Origin: Crocosphaera subtropica ATCC 51142
GTDB taxonomy: Bacteria; Cyanobacteriota; Cyanobacteriia; Cyanobacteriales; Microcystaceae
NCBI RefSeq assembly: GCF_000017845.1
Contig: NC_010546.1
Span: forward strand, 2,220,001 to 2,252,000
Reading direction: 5' to 3'
DNA length: 32,000 bases
Made by a program: the position numbers and the translations under genes
The notes under the pieces: model-generated
What the model saw: only the letters and a program-made list of their open reading frames with translations
Database searches by the model: none
Told to the model about the DNA's origin: nothing
Shown: one piece after another, positions 23,407 to 32,000 of the stretch
How the letters are laid out: each line of letters begins with the position of its first letter
Position numbering within the stretch: the first letter of the stretch is position 1

Positions 23407-24267
23407 TTACCAGTTGTCATCATTTTCATAACCTAACTTAATTAATAGGTTACTATATTTCTTTTTAAAGACCTTAATATGTTCGTCGTTAAAGTGATTT
23501 TTCCAGTCTCCTGCTACCCCTTTTCGATAATGGCTTTTCACGTCTTCTGTCCCAATGGTGCGACCTTTTGTTTTCTTTTGAAATCGATTTTCGTAAATAA
23601 TTCCTAATGCTGTTTCATAGGGTATTTTAGTCAAAGAAACATTAATTATAGGATTGTTCAATAATTTTTCTTGAGTTTTTCGAGACGTTATTGCTAAGAG
23701 ATAATTCCATCTTTCCTGATAGGTTGGTCGAGATTCGCTAACAATTCCTAGGAAGCGAAAAATATCAACAAAAGTTGCGTAAGAATCTCGGCTTAAATCT
23801 TCAAGTTTTATTTCCATCACATGATCTTGATTATAATTCCAACTTTCCATATCTTCTAAAACTCCCTGATTAAATTCTATCTCTTGCATTAACCCGTCAT
23901 CTTTTGAAACTTTTTGTAAAATTTCTCTTTCTTCTTTTAGTTGATCATAGTTATCAACAGGATGACTATAGAGGTGAGAATAATAAGCAGAAACAACAAT
24001 ATCTCTGGGATCTCTAATAACATGAAATCCTCTAAAATTATGGAAATCTTTAATATATTGATATTTGGCGTTAGTATAAGAAAAAATATCAAATTTTCTT
24101 TGTTTTAGAAATTCCTGAAGATCGTAGTTAAAAATTTCCTCATTATGGGCATGGCCATAAACTAATCCCATTTCGTTGGCTATTTCTCGCAAAATGCCCT
24201 GAATCCATTGAGTCGCACATTTATGATGTCCAAAAAAGCAAAGCAGCTTATTGTTGTGAGTATTCAT
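23407..24267 (-). CDS. Sulfotransferase-family protein
   Basis: 286 aa. 5'-PSB-like [11 protein letters not shown], 3'-PB-like [15 protein letters not shown], and C-terminal [13 protein letters not shown], characteristic of PAPS-dependent sulfotransferases. Confidence 0.75.
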   Translation of the reverse strand: MNTHNNKLLCFFGHHKCATQWIQGILREIANEMGLVYGHAHNEEIFNYDLQEFLKQRKFDIFSYTNAKYQYIKDFHNFRGFHVIRDPRDIVVSAYYSHLYSHPVDNYDQLKEEREILQKVSKDDGLMQEIEFNQGVLEDMESWNYNQDHVMEIKLEDLSRDSYATFVDIFRFLGIVSESRPTYQERWNYLLAITSRKTQEKLLNNPIINVSLTKIPYETALGIIYENRFQKKTKGRTIGTEDVKSHYRKGVAGDWKNHFNDEHIKVFKKKYSNLLIKLGYENDDNW

Positions 24268-24299
24268 AAGAGTTTACTATTAATTAGATTAATATTAAT

Positions 24300-25757
24300 T
24301 TAATATTCATCTTCAGAAGTTTTGAGAAAACTATCGCCTCTAAGCAAATCTTTAGCATCTAAGCCAATACGCAAGGTCAATTGAGAATCTAAGTCTCCCG
24401 TAGAAGATGCCTCTACTCTACCCATTCCTAAAGCAGTTTGCAAGTAATTTGCTGCTTCAAAATCTCCTTGCTGTACCACAATTTCGGTTTCCCGTAATAG
24501 TTGGGGTGCATCAGGGATAGTATAGACATTATGAATATCTTGTTTGGCTAAAAATTCTCTCACTTGATTGGCCAACCCTGGATCATCGGTGGCGTTTTGC
24601 AGAGCAATTCTAACACGGTTAGGAGAACGACGAGAAGAAGACTGCCATTGGGGAGTAATACCAAAATATTGTTCCATCACTTGATCCCGTCCCCTTTCAG
24701 ACATTACCCAATAACTACGGTTATCAAATTCTTCTTCTTGACTAAAGCGACCGGGTAACATGACCATTTGGACTTGATCTCGGTCAATTTGTCGACCAAA
24801 ATTAACCAAAGCCAGCATTTCTTCCCAAGTCAGATTGGTATCAATATGTTTTTCTAATAAGCCGATGGCTTGGGGAATACGAGGTATAATCGTGGGGCTT
24901 GTCATGCGTTGACGAAGGGCTTTTAGCAGTATCTGTTGTCGTTGCACTCGGCCAATATCACCATAGCTATCTTTGCGAAAACGGGCAAATTGTTCAGCCT
25001 GTTCTCCATTAAGAATTTGTCGACCTGGTTGTAAATCAATTTTCAGGTTTTGGGTTTTATCTTCATACTCCATAGCATAGGGTACGAACACTTCTACTCC
25101 TCCCACTAAGTCCACTAATTCAGTAAACGCATCGGTGGTGACACGAATATAGCGATCAATAGGAACATCATTGAGGGTTTTACTCAGTACCCTAGCCGCT
25201 AATCCTGGACCGCCATGAACATTAGCATCGTTAATTTTTGTGTAACCTCGTCCTGGAATATTCACCCGACTATCCCTAGGAACTGAGAGCATTTTAACGG
25301 AATTATCGGCCGGATCAAAACGTAAAAGTAAAATCGTGTCACTACGGCCTCCAAACCCTTCAAGACTCCCTCCGGGAGTATCTAACACCCGATCAATTCC
25401 TAAGACTAAAAGATTAACGGGACGAGATAAGCGATATTGCAGCAGCGTATTATCGATGACCGGGGAATTGGTCGAGGTAGAAGGGGTTTCTGTGGTGGTT
25501 TTCCAAGGATTGGTTATCTTTTGGGTTAGGGGTAAAATATTCTCAGAAACAGGACTCAAGAGGGTAATTGCTGCCCCTACAGTGGCTGAAAGTACCGCAG
25601 TACAACCGAAACCCATGCCCCATAACACCCCCCTAAAAAGAGGGTTTAGTGTCTTTTTTTGCCCTTGTTTATACATAGAAGGGGATTTATATGGACGAGA
25701 ACCTGATTTTCGTTGAAAACCAGATGTATTAGACACTCTGTTGACACTATTGGCCAT
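24300..25757 (-). CDS. LytR-CpsA-Psr (LCP) family cell-envelope polymer transferase
   Basis: N-terminal TM (VLWGMGFGCTAVLSATVGAAITLL), then VNLLVLGIDR...GRSDTILLLRFDP..NSVKMLSVPRDSRVNIPGRGYTKINDA..HGG, which is the LCP signature. I prefer start ATG 25757 (MANSVNR) with gagg 6 nt upstream; the track start is 25778. Confidence 0.85.
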   Translation of the reverse strand: MANSVNRVSNTSGFQRKSGSRPYKSPSMYKQGQKKTLNPLFRGVLWGMGFGCTAVLSATVGAAITLLSPVSENILPLTQKITNPWKTTTETPSTSTNSPVIDNTLLQYRLSRPVNLLVLGIDRVLDTPGGSLEGFGGRSDTILLLRFDPADNSVKMLSVPRDSRVNIPGRGYTKINDANVHGGPGLAARVLSKTLNDVPIDRYIRVTTDAFTELVDLVGGVEVFVPYAMEYEDKTQNLKIDLQPGRQILNGEQAEQFARFRKDSYGDIGRVQRQQILLKALRQRMTSPTIIPRIPQAIGLLEKHIDTNLTWEEMLALVNFGRQIDRDQVQMVMLPGRFSQEEEFDNRSYWVMSERGRDQVMEQYFGITPQWQSSSRRSPNRVRIALQNATDDPGLANQVREFLAKQDIHNVYTIPDAPQLLRETEIVVQQGDFEAANYLQTALGMGRVEASSTGDLDSQLTLRIGLDAKDLLRGDSFLKTSEDEY

Positions 25758-25990
25758 AATTACCTCAACACACCACAAACAATAAGTCAGAGGCTAAAAG
25801 TTCTGAAGTGGTCATCGTTGACTTCAAGTTGAGACTTTAACCTACTGATTAATCAGACAAGGGATCACTCTTATTCTGTTTTAGAAGCAGATTGAGACGA
25901 AGATGTTCCCTATTAGGTCAATGATAAACTCATCTTAAGTTAAACTGAGGGTAAGTAATGATAAAAGATGATTATTTAATTCTTAAAACA

Positions 25991-26251
25991 ATGGCAAAAA
26001 AACAAAAATTTCCTCACTTATTAGGATCAAAATGGACGGCTAAACAAAAAACATGGGGATGGCGACATTTTCAAGTAGTGAACCGAAAAAATCAAGGAAG
26101 ATTTGTCTTTGCAGAAATGGTTGCTTCTTGCGATGAAAATGTTCGTTTTTGGATCAATGCACAACAATTTAAAGATCGTTCTTTATGGCAACCCGGATGG
26201 CAAACTTTAGAAGAAATGAACCAACCAGAAGAAGCATTAGATATATTATAA
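25991..26251 (+). CDS. Tryptophan-rich small conserved protein (TIGR02450-like)
   Basis: SKWTA...WGWRHFQV........FAEM.A.......W......F.D...W.PGWQ fits the Trp-rich conserved hypothetical family as I recall it. The start could be 25958 or 25991. Confidence 0.6.
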   Translation: MAKKQKFPHLLGSKWTAKQKTWGWRHFQVVNRKNQGRFVFAEMVASCDENVRFWINAQQFKDRSLWQPGWQTLEEMNQPEEALDIL

Positions 26252-26357
26252 AAGTGATTAAAAAAGTATCATTGAATTAGTTTTTCATAATCTTTGTGTG
26301 AACCTATCCAAAACCGATAAATTTTCTTCCCTTGCTGTTTAACTGATGGAGTTTGAT

Positions 26358-27401
26358 TTACTCTTCTAATTTTTTTTGTAACCGTTTTAAAGTCTGATAC
26401 ATCTCAGGCAGTTTTTTATAAATAGCCGACGCTTTCAAATATAACTTATTAGGAACCGCCGGACTACTCGAAACAATTTCCCCGGCAGCCACATCATTAG
26501 GAATACCGGTTTGTGCTGTGGCGATCGCCCCATCTCCTATTTTAGCCTGGTTAGCCACACCCACTTGCCCGGCTAAGATCACCCGTTTACCCAAGGTAAC
26601 ACCGCCTGCTAAGCCAACTTGGGAGGCCATCACACAATTTTCGCCAATTTGACAGTTATGGGCAATATGTACTAAGTTATCTAACTTGGTGTTACGACCA
26701 ATGCGAGTGGTTCCCACCGCAGGGCGATCAACAGCACTATTACAACCGATTTCTACCCCATCTTCAAGGATGACATAACCGGACTGTTCCATCTTAAACC
26801 AACCTTCAGGAGTAGGAACAAAGCCAAACCCTTCGGCCCCAATAACAGCGCCACTGTGAATGACACAATCATTACCAATCTGCGCCCGTTCGTGAATGGT
26901 ACAATTAGCGTGAAGTAATGTGCGATCGCCGATAACTACGTCGGGATAAAGGACTACATTTCCCTGAATACAAGCATTATCGCCAATTTTCACCCCCTGT
27001 TGAATGATGACATGAGGGCCAATATAAACGTCTTTGCCAAGGGTAACACTGGGATCGATGACGGCAGTTTCGTGAATAGCAGGGAAGGGATTGAAAGGAG
27101 TGTAAAATAGTTTGATAGCGTGAGCGAAGGTTAAACGGGGTTCTGGGGTGCTTAACCAGGCTATACCTTTTTCGGTCGCTTCTTGCTGTAACCCCTTGTC
27201 ACGGGGCAAAATCAAAGCACTGGCCGCCGTTTTGGACACCATTGCAGCAAACTTAGACCCTTCAATATAACTTAACTGTTGTCCTTCTGCTTCGCTAACG
27301 GCTGCAACCCCTGTAATCTCAGGATTATTATCGTCATCAGTCGTTAAACTGTGTTCACTAACCAAAGGACTCAGTTTTTCAACAATTTCTTGAAATTTCA
27401 T
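26358..27401 (-). CDS. lpxD: UDP-3-O-acylglucosamine N-acyltransferase
   Basis: 347 aa from ATG 27401 ([10 protein letters not shown]). The track extension to 27551 is Cys/Tyr-rich and implausible. LpxD-type N-terminal domain ([36 protein letters not shown]), a long left-handed beta-helix of hexapeptide repeats, and a C-terminal helix. Confidence 0.9.
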   Translation of the reverse strand: MKFQEIVEKLSPLVSEHSLTTDDDNNPEITGVAAVSEAEGQQLSYIEGSKFAAMVSKTAASALILPRDKGLQQEATEKGIAWLSTPEPRLTFAHAIKLFYTPFNPFPAIHETAVIDPSVTLGKDVYIGPHVIIQQGVKIGDNACIQGNVVLYPDVVIGDRTLLHANCTIHERAQIGNDCVIHSGAVIGAEGFGFVPTPEGWFKMEQSGYVILEDGVEIGCNSAVDRPAVGTTRIGRNTKLDNLVHIAHNCQIGENCVMASQVGLAGGVTLGKRVILAGQVGVANQAKIGDGAIATAQTGIPNDVAAGEIVSSSPAVPNKLYLKASAIYKKLPEMYQTLKRLQKKLEE

Positions 27402-27688
27402 CTTTATGTTAATAATATATAACCCTATTACTTCGTAGACGTAGACAGGGGTTGTACTGTTGCTGAATATAGCACTACCTAGGCAGTTAATGAGATTCCT
27501 CGTTTCCTCGGAATGACAATTACATAAATATACATGAATATAAGTGGACAATAGGTGTTGCAGACACAGATTATAAAATGTAAATTATATGGGCAACAGT
27601 CCAGTGATCTGCCAAAGAATGAGTAGAATAGAATTGGGACGGATCAATGCCAAGGATATCCGTCCGATGCTTGCCAGAGGTAAAGCTT

Positions 27689-28297
27689 ATGTCTTCAGTT
27701 GCCAGCGATCGCCTCATTACTCTGGATCTCAACCAACCCTTATGGGACCGTTTCTTTACCGTTGCCCCTTTAGTGATCATTGGTAGCAAAGAAGCCAACG
27801 GCAACTACGATCTGGCACCGAAACACATGGCGATGCCCTTCGGTTGGGATAACTATTTTGGTTTCATTTGTACCCCTCGTCATGGTACTTATCAAAATAT
27901 TGTTCGAGAAAAAGTCTTTAGTGTTAGTTTTCCACAACCGAATCAAATACTACTCACCAGCTTAACTGCTATCTCTCGTTGTGAGCAGAATCAAAAACCC
28001 ACCTTGTCCATCTTACCCACGTTTCCCACCACTAAGATAGACAGTGTTTACCTCGAAAATAGTTATCTGTATTTAGAATGTCAACTTGATCGAATTATCG
28101 ATGGATTTGGAGACAATAGCCTAATTATTGGCAAAATTATTGAAGCCCAAGTACAAGAAAAAGCCCTGAGACGAAGCGATCGTGACGACCAAGATATTTT
28201 ACTCGATATTCCTCTTCTAGTCTATCTTTCCCCTGGCCGGTATAGCATCATTGATCATAGTTTTTCCTTCCCGTTCCATGCAAGGTTTCATCGTTGA
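27689..28297 (+). CDS. Flavin-reductase-like (FMN-binding split-barrel) protein
   Basis: I prefer start ATG 27689 (MSSVASDR). FTVAPLVIIGSKEANGNYDLAPKHMAMPFGWDNYFGFICTPRHGTYQNI fits the flavin reductase-like domain pattern. Confidence 0.6.
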   Translation: MSSVASDRLITLDLNQPLWDRFFTVAPLVIIGSKEANGNYDLAPKHMAMPFGWDNYFGFICTPRHGTYQNIVREKVFSVSFPQPNQILLTSLTAISRCEQNQKPTLSILPTFPTTKIDSVYLENSYLYLECQLDRIIDGFGDNSLIIGKIIEAQVQEKALRRSDRDDQDILLDIPLLVYLSPGRYSIIDHSFSFPFHARFHR

Positions 28298-28365
28298 CTG
28301 ATTCAAAAATGGTTTTTAAAAACCTTAAATCATATATTTAACTATAATCTTGTTGCGACAATCAT

Positions 28366-28407
28366 AACTCCGAACTCCGAACTCTGAACGCTGAACTCTC
28401 TACTCCC
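28366..28407 (+). repeat. Heptanucleotide tandem array, 6 units of AACTCCG family, ending 4 nt before the M20 start codon
   Basis: aactccg aactccg aactctg aacgctg aactctc tactccc, then gaaa ATG (28412). There is no SD-like sequence. Confidence 0.9.
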
Positions 28408-28411
28408 GAAA

Positions 28412-29620
28412 ATGTCCACCCCTACCCTAACCCCTTCTCTTTCTCAACGACTGCTTGACTATCTCCACAGTCGTCATAGGGACATGGTGGATCTGTTGAA
28501 ACAGTTAGTCTTAGCAGAGTCTCCCTCAACGGTTGCCACGGCACAAAAACAGGTCTTATCCTTACTCAAAAATGCTCTCTTAAGCCGTCATTATCGGGTT
28601 CGCCATCTTGCAGGTCAAACCACCGGCGGACACCTCTTAGCAGTGCCAAAACAGCGCATTAAAAGACAACCTAGACAACTATTACTCGGTCATTGTGACA
28701 CAGTGTGGCCATTGGGAACCCTAGAAACCATGCCATTAGTCCAACGAAACGGCAAACTGTACGGCCCAGGGGTTTATGACATGAAAGCTGGATTGATCCA
28801 GACCATTTTTGCCCTAGAAAGTCTTTTATATCACGATCTAACCCCTAGGGTAACGCCCATCTTTTTAATTAATTCCGACGAAGAAATAGGCAGTAAAGAA
28901 TCTACCCCCTATATCCGTCGCTTAGTGCAAGGATGCGATCGTGTCTTTGTCATGGAACCCTCTTTAGGAGAAAGGGGACAACTGAAAACCCGTCGTAAAG
29001 GGGTGGGACGGTTTACGGTGAAAGTGGTGGGTAAAGCAGCCCATGCAGGGTTAGAACCAGAAAAGGGGGCCAGTGCCATTTTAGAGCTATCCTTTGTCAT
29101 TCAACAACTGTTTGCCCTCAATGATCCTGAACAGGGCATTACTGTCAACGTAGGAACTATTGATGGGGGTATTCGTTCCAATGTGATCGCCCCAGACAGT
29201 AAAGCAGTGGTGGATGTCAGGGTTCTTGACCAAGAAGACGCTCACAAAATAGAACAGACAATCCTTAATTTACAACCCACTACCCCCGACACTCAATTAA
29301 TTATTACAGGGAACATCGGCCGGCCACCGATGGAAAAAACCCCAGACAGTGAAAGGCTATGGCAACGAGCTTATCAACGGGGGTGTGAGTTAGGGTTAAC
29401 CCTGACAGAAGCGATCGCCGGGGGTGGATCGGATGGCAATACCACTAACCGCTATGCCCCTACTTTAGATGGGTTAGGTGCGGTAGGAGACGCTGCTCAT
29501 TCTCCTGGGGAGTTTATCTATCTCGATAGTTTAGTGGAGCGATCGGCTTTGTTAGCAAGTCTGCTCCTTGATCCTCCTTTGACCAGTGAACCGTTAAGAG
29601 ATAAAAATGATGAAAACTAA
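28412..29620 (+). CDS. M20-family metallopeptidase (carboxypeptidase G2 / glutamate carboxypeptidase-like)
   Basis: LLLGHCDTVWP, GPGVYDMKAG, INSDEEIGS, VFVMEPS, GKAAHAG, GGIRSNVIAPD, GGGSDGN and DAAHSPGEF are the metal-ligand and catalytic motifs of M20 dimeric peptidases. Confidence 0.85.
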   Translation: MSTPTLTPSLSQRLLDYLHSRHRDMVDLLKQLVLAESPSTVATAQKQVLSLLKNALLSRHYRVRHLAGQTTGGHLLAVPKQRIKRQPRQLLLGHCDTVWPLGTLETMPLVQRNGKLYGPGVYDMKAGLIQTIFALESLLYHDLTPRVTPIFLINSDEEIGSKESTPYIRRLVQGCDRVFVMEPSLGERGQLKTRRKGVGRFTVKVVGKAAHAGLEPEKGASAILELSFVIQQLFALNDPEQGITVNVGTIDGGIRSNVIAPDSKAVVDVRVLDQEDAHKIEQTILNLQPTTPDTQLIITGNIGRPPMEKTPDSERLWQRAYQRGCELGLTLTEAIAGGGSDGNTTNRYAPTLDGLGAVGDAAHSPGEFIYLDSLVERSALLASLLLDPPLTSEPLRDKNDEN

Positions 29621-30695
29621 TCTTTTAAATCCACCTTATTTATACAGTTCCTTAACTCGTATTGCTGATCTGCAAGTACGACCGTTTGATGTGATTTCTT
29701 TACCGCAAAAAGAATGGGAAACCGGGGATTATGTCGTTGGTGAAGTATTATCCCCTGTCCCTGTTAACCCTAAGTTAGAACTGCCTAACGGACGCTTAGC
29801 CAGTCTTTTAGAAGGCGATCGCATTATTGGGGCGTTTGGTATTCGACGGGCTACCCTAGAGGCAGTAGGAGAATGGCAGTCCATTGGAGAAGATGGACGC
29901 ATGGACAACATGACCTGTGCCGGGTTGTTTGGCAAAGTTACTTCTAAGTCCTATTTATTACCTCCCCTAACTTCCCTTCAATATCAAGGTCATGTGATGC
30001 GAAATGGTGAAAAAGTTTCTATGAAAGGGTTTGTCCCCACCATTCCCCATCGTAATTATGAGTGTCCCACTATCATGATTATCGGCACCTCCATGTCTGC
30101 CGGAAAAACCACATCAGGCCGCATTATTGTCCATCAATTAAAACAGTTAGGGTTGAAAGTTGTTGCAGCTAAATTAACTGGTGCCGGACGTTATCGTGAT
30201 GTTTTATCGATGGGTGATGCAGGGGCTGATTTTATTTTTGATTTTGTGGATGTAGGACTTCCTTCTTCCGTTGCCCCCCCTGAAGAATTTAGGGTCTTAG
30301 TACGTCAATTATTGAGTATGATGGCAACCAAAAAACCTGATGTGGTTGTGGTTGAAGCCGGTGCTTCTCCTCTCGAACCTTACAATGGTTCTGTGGTCTT
30401 AGAAGAACTGAAACCACACATTTGTTTGACGGTTTTGTGTGCATCTGATCCTTATTCTGTGGTGGGTGTTTGTCAGGGATTTGGCTTTTTACCGGATCTG
30501 GTTACCGGGATCGCCACTAGCACGTCTTCAGGGGTCGAATTGGTGAAAAAATTAACAGGAATACCCGCTTTAACTTTATCTGAACCTGGTTCTTTAGTGA
30601 TTCTTACTCAATTATTAAAAGATAAGCTAGGTTTGACTGGTGAAGTACCCCACCCTACTCCGTTGAGAGTGGGGCTTCCTACCCTCAAGAACTAA
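29607..30695 (+). CDS. P-loop (GxxxxGKT) protein of unknown function, translationally coupled to the M20 peptidase
   Basis: 362-aa ORF whose ATG overlaps the last 14 nt of the M20 gene. Walker-A-like IIGTSMSAGKTTSG, followed by VVVVEAG (Walker-B-like). Distantly reminiscent of DUF1611-type proteins; not verified. Confidence 0.7.
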   Translation: MMKTNLLNPPYLYSSLTRIADLQVRPFDVISLPQKEWETGDYVVGEVLSPVPVNPKLELPNGRLASLLEGDRIIGAFGIRRATLEAVGEWQSIGEDGRMDNMTCAGLFGKVTSKSYLLPPLTSLQYQGHVMRNGEKVSMKGFVPTIPHRNYECPTIMIIGTSMSAGKTTSGRIIVHQLKQLGLKVVAAKLTGAGRYRDVLSMGDAGADFIFDFVDVGLPSSVAPPEEFRVLVRQLLSMMATKKPDVVVVEAGASPLEPYNGSVVLEELKPHICLTVLCASDPYSVVGVCQGFGFLPDLVTGIATSTSSGVELVKKLTGIPALTLSEPGSLVILTQLLKDKLGLTGEVPHPTPLRVGLPTLKN

Positions 30696-30714
30696 CGCTT
30701 GTTTAATGTTGAAT

Positions 30715-31419
30715 TCAACTACCAACAGACGATAAACTTTTCATCGAACCAATTACCGCTTCTGCGACACCGCTAGAAGACGCAGGATTTTGACCCGTAA
30801 TTAAATTGCCATCTTGCACTACTTTTGCTTGAAAATCATCGGCGTTGGCATACTTTGCACCCAACTCTTTGAGACGACTTTCTAATAAAAAGGGAACCAG
30901 TTCATGAAGCCCCACGGTTTCTTCTTCACTGTTACTAAAGCTAGTCAGTTTTTTTCCTGCAACAAAGGGGGTTCCGTCTGCTTTTTTGGCTGATAATAAC
31001 CCGGCTGGACCATGACACACCGCAGCAATAATTTTACCAGCGCAGTCAAATGCTTCGACTAAATTAGCTAATTTTTCATTTTCACAGAGATCCCACATGG
31101 GGCCGTGGCCACCAGGAATAAAAATGGCATCGTAGTCCTCTGCTTTTATTTGTCCTAAAGGAACGGTATTGTTAAAGCGTTTTTGGGCGGTTTCATCTTG
31201 GAAAAAATGACGGGTGTCTTCGGTTTGAGCCTCATCTAAAATGCTTTTATCATCAATAGGAACGTCTCCCCCGTTAGGAGAAGCTAAAGTGACCTCGAAA
31301 CCTGCTTCTAAAAAGCGATAATAGGGGTTCACCGCTTCTTCGAGCCAAACTCCTGTTTCTTGGTCAGTTTCTCCCAGTTGTCTATGGGAAGTCAGCACTA
31401 AAAGAATTTCTGTTGTCAT
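30715..31419 (-). CDS. DJ-1/PfpI-family (class I glutamine amidotransferase-like) protein
   Basis: 234 aa. DAIFIPGGHGPMWDL and the nucleophile elbow IAAVCHGPAGLL, then ITGQNPASS at the C-terminus, typical of the DJ-1/HchA-like superfamily. Confidence 0.85.
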   Translation of the reverse strand: MTTEILLVLTSHRQLGETDQETGVWLEEAVNPYYRFLEAGFEVTLASPNGGDVPIDDKSILDEAQTEDTRHFFQDETAQKRFNNTVPLGQIKAEDYDAIFIPGGHGPMWDLCENEKLANLVEAFDCAGKIIAAVCHGPAGLLSAKKADGTPFVAGKKLTSFSNSEEETVGLHELVPFLLESRLKELGAKYANADDFQAKVVQDGNLITGQNPASSSGVAEAVIGSMKSLSSVGS

Positions 31420-31644
31420 AGGTCTTAATGGGTTGAGAATTAATGAAATATTCGACCCGTTACTGGGTAAAAATATTGTTTAAATTAGGAGTTATTTCCT
31501 AAATTGTTCACACTGTAACATAAGTATCATCTGAGTTTCGCCCCTCTAAAGGAGGAAGAAAGAAAAATCTTGGAGCCCTTGATTAAAATTTGGTTATTAG
31601 TGATTAGTTAGTTTCAAATATTGTTGAGATCAAAATTAGACAAC

Positions 31645-31671
31645 AAAAAATCCCCGTACTGATGACAGGGA
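31645..31671 (-). terminator. Rho-independent terminator after the 31701..31898 gene
   Basis: The minus strand reads tccctg tcatcagta cgggga tttttt: a 6-bp stem including one G-U pair, a 9-nt loop and a T6 tract. It lies 30 nt after the stop. Confidence 0.6.
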
Positions 31672-31700
31672 TATAGCAAGAGGAAACCAAATAAACTTGA

Positions 31701-31898
31701 TTAACGTCCTAAAGTTTGAGAATAGGAAACCAGTCCAGCACTGACCACTTGTCCAAAGTTGTTAATGCGATCTTGTTGTCCTACCCGTGTCGGGGCTAAA
31801 AATGTGTCGGTTAAGCCCATAGCTGTAAACATGACGGTAGCTGTGAGAATGATATAGTTGCGAAGGATGACAGTGTTGTTGGTGGTGGTGTTTAACAT
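31701..31898 (-). CDS. Small hypothetical protein with one hydrophobic helix
   Basis: 65-aa ORF (IILTATVMFTAMGL hydrophobic segment) followed by a terminator. No family recognised. Confidence 0.45.
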   Translation of the reverse strand: MLNTTTNNTVILRNYIILTATVMFTAMGLTDTFLAPTRVGQQDRINNFGQVVSAGLVSYSQTLGR

Positions 31899-32000
31899 TG
31901 GTTTGACCTCTTGTCCTCTTGTTACCCTTATCTTATGAGGTCATCAGGGGTGATGTCAGTCCCAAAAGTAAGGCATATTGGGGGTTTCGGCTATTTTTAT

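Noticed and set aside
27571-27804. Two mutually antisense ORFs (27571..27804 -, 27589..27786 +) between lpxD and the flavin-reductase-like gene, and the long N-terminal extensions of both flanking genes (27402..27551 and 27647..27688).
   Set aside because: The extensions have implausible composition (Cys/Tyr/His-rich, no homology-like pattern). Internal ATGs at 27401 and 27689 give canonical N-termini, so the region is more likely a divergent promoter.

Overview
This is cyanobacterial chromosomal DNA. I counted at least 15 copies of the HIP1 octamer GCGATCGC, and the gene content looks like a Cyanothece/Crocosphaera-type genome; the exact taxon cannot be determined here. The window falls into three parts. 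(1) 1-9.9 kb is a visibly more AT-rich, HIP1-poor accessory block. It is dominated by one 1748-aa protein that combines an orthocaspase, a pseudocaspase, a STAND P-loop NTPase, one TM helix and 15 WD40 blades. Around it sit a divergent HTH/DUF4384-like gene, a 105-aa DUF1822-C-terminal-like ORF, a DUF4258-like ORF and four small exported or membrane ORFs, two of which share a conserved 5' cassette. (2) 10-18.9 kb is a type I secretion locus: a parvulin-like PPIase, an ABC exporter with cNMP-like and catalytically dead C39-like domains, and HlyD. It is divergent from an RTX beta-roll protein carrying a ~99% identical 327-bp internal duplication, which is followed by a TM-anchored 7-blade WD40 protein. 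(3) 18.9-32 kb is mostly housekeeping: a cytochrome b561-like protein, ssb, a SAM methyltransferase, a decayed Uma2-type endonuclease remnant, a pentapeptide-repeat protein, a sulfotransferase, an LCP-family protein, lpxD, a flavin-reductase-like protein, an M20 peptidase translationally coupled to a P-loop protein, and a DJ-1/PfpI protein. I recognised no rRNA, tRNA, CRISPR array, transposase or integrase. The best candidate for an uncharacterised system is the caspase-STAND-TM-WD40 gene with its small neighbours. I predict it is a membrane-spanning, NTP-switched protease (suicide/conflict) module. All family assignments come from motif recognition by eye and need HMM or structure confirmation.
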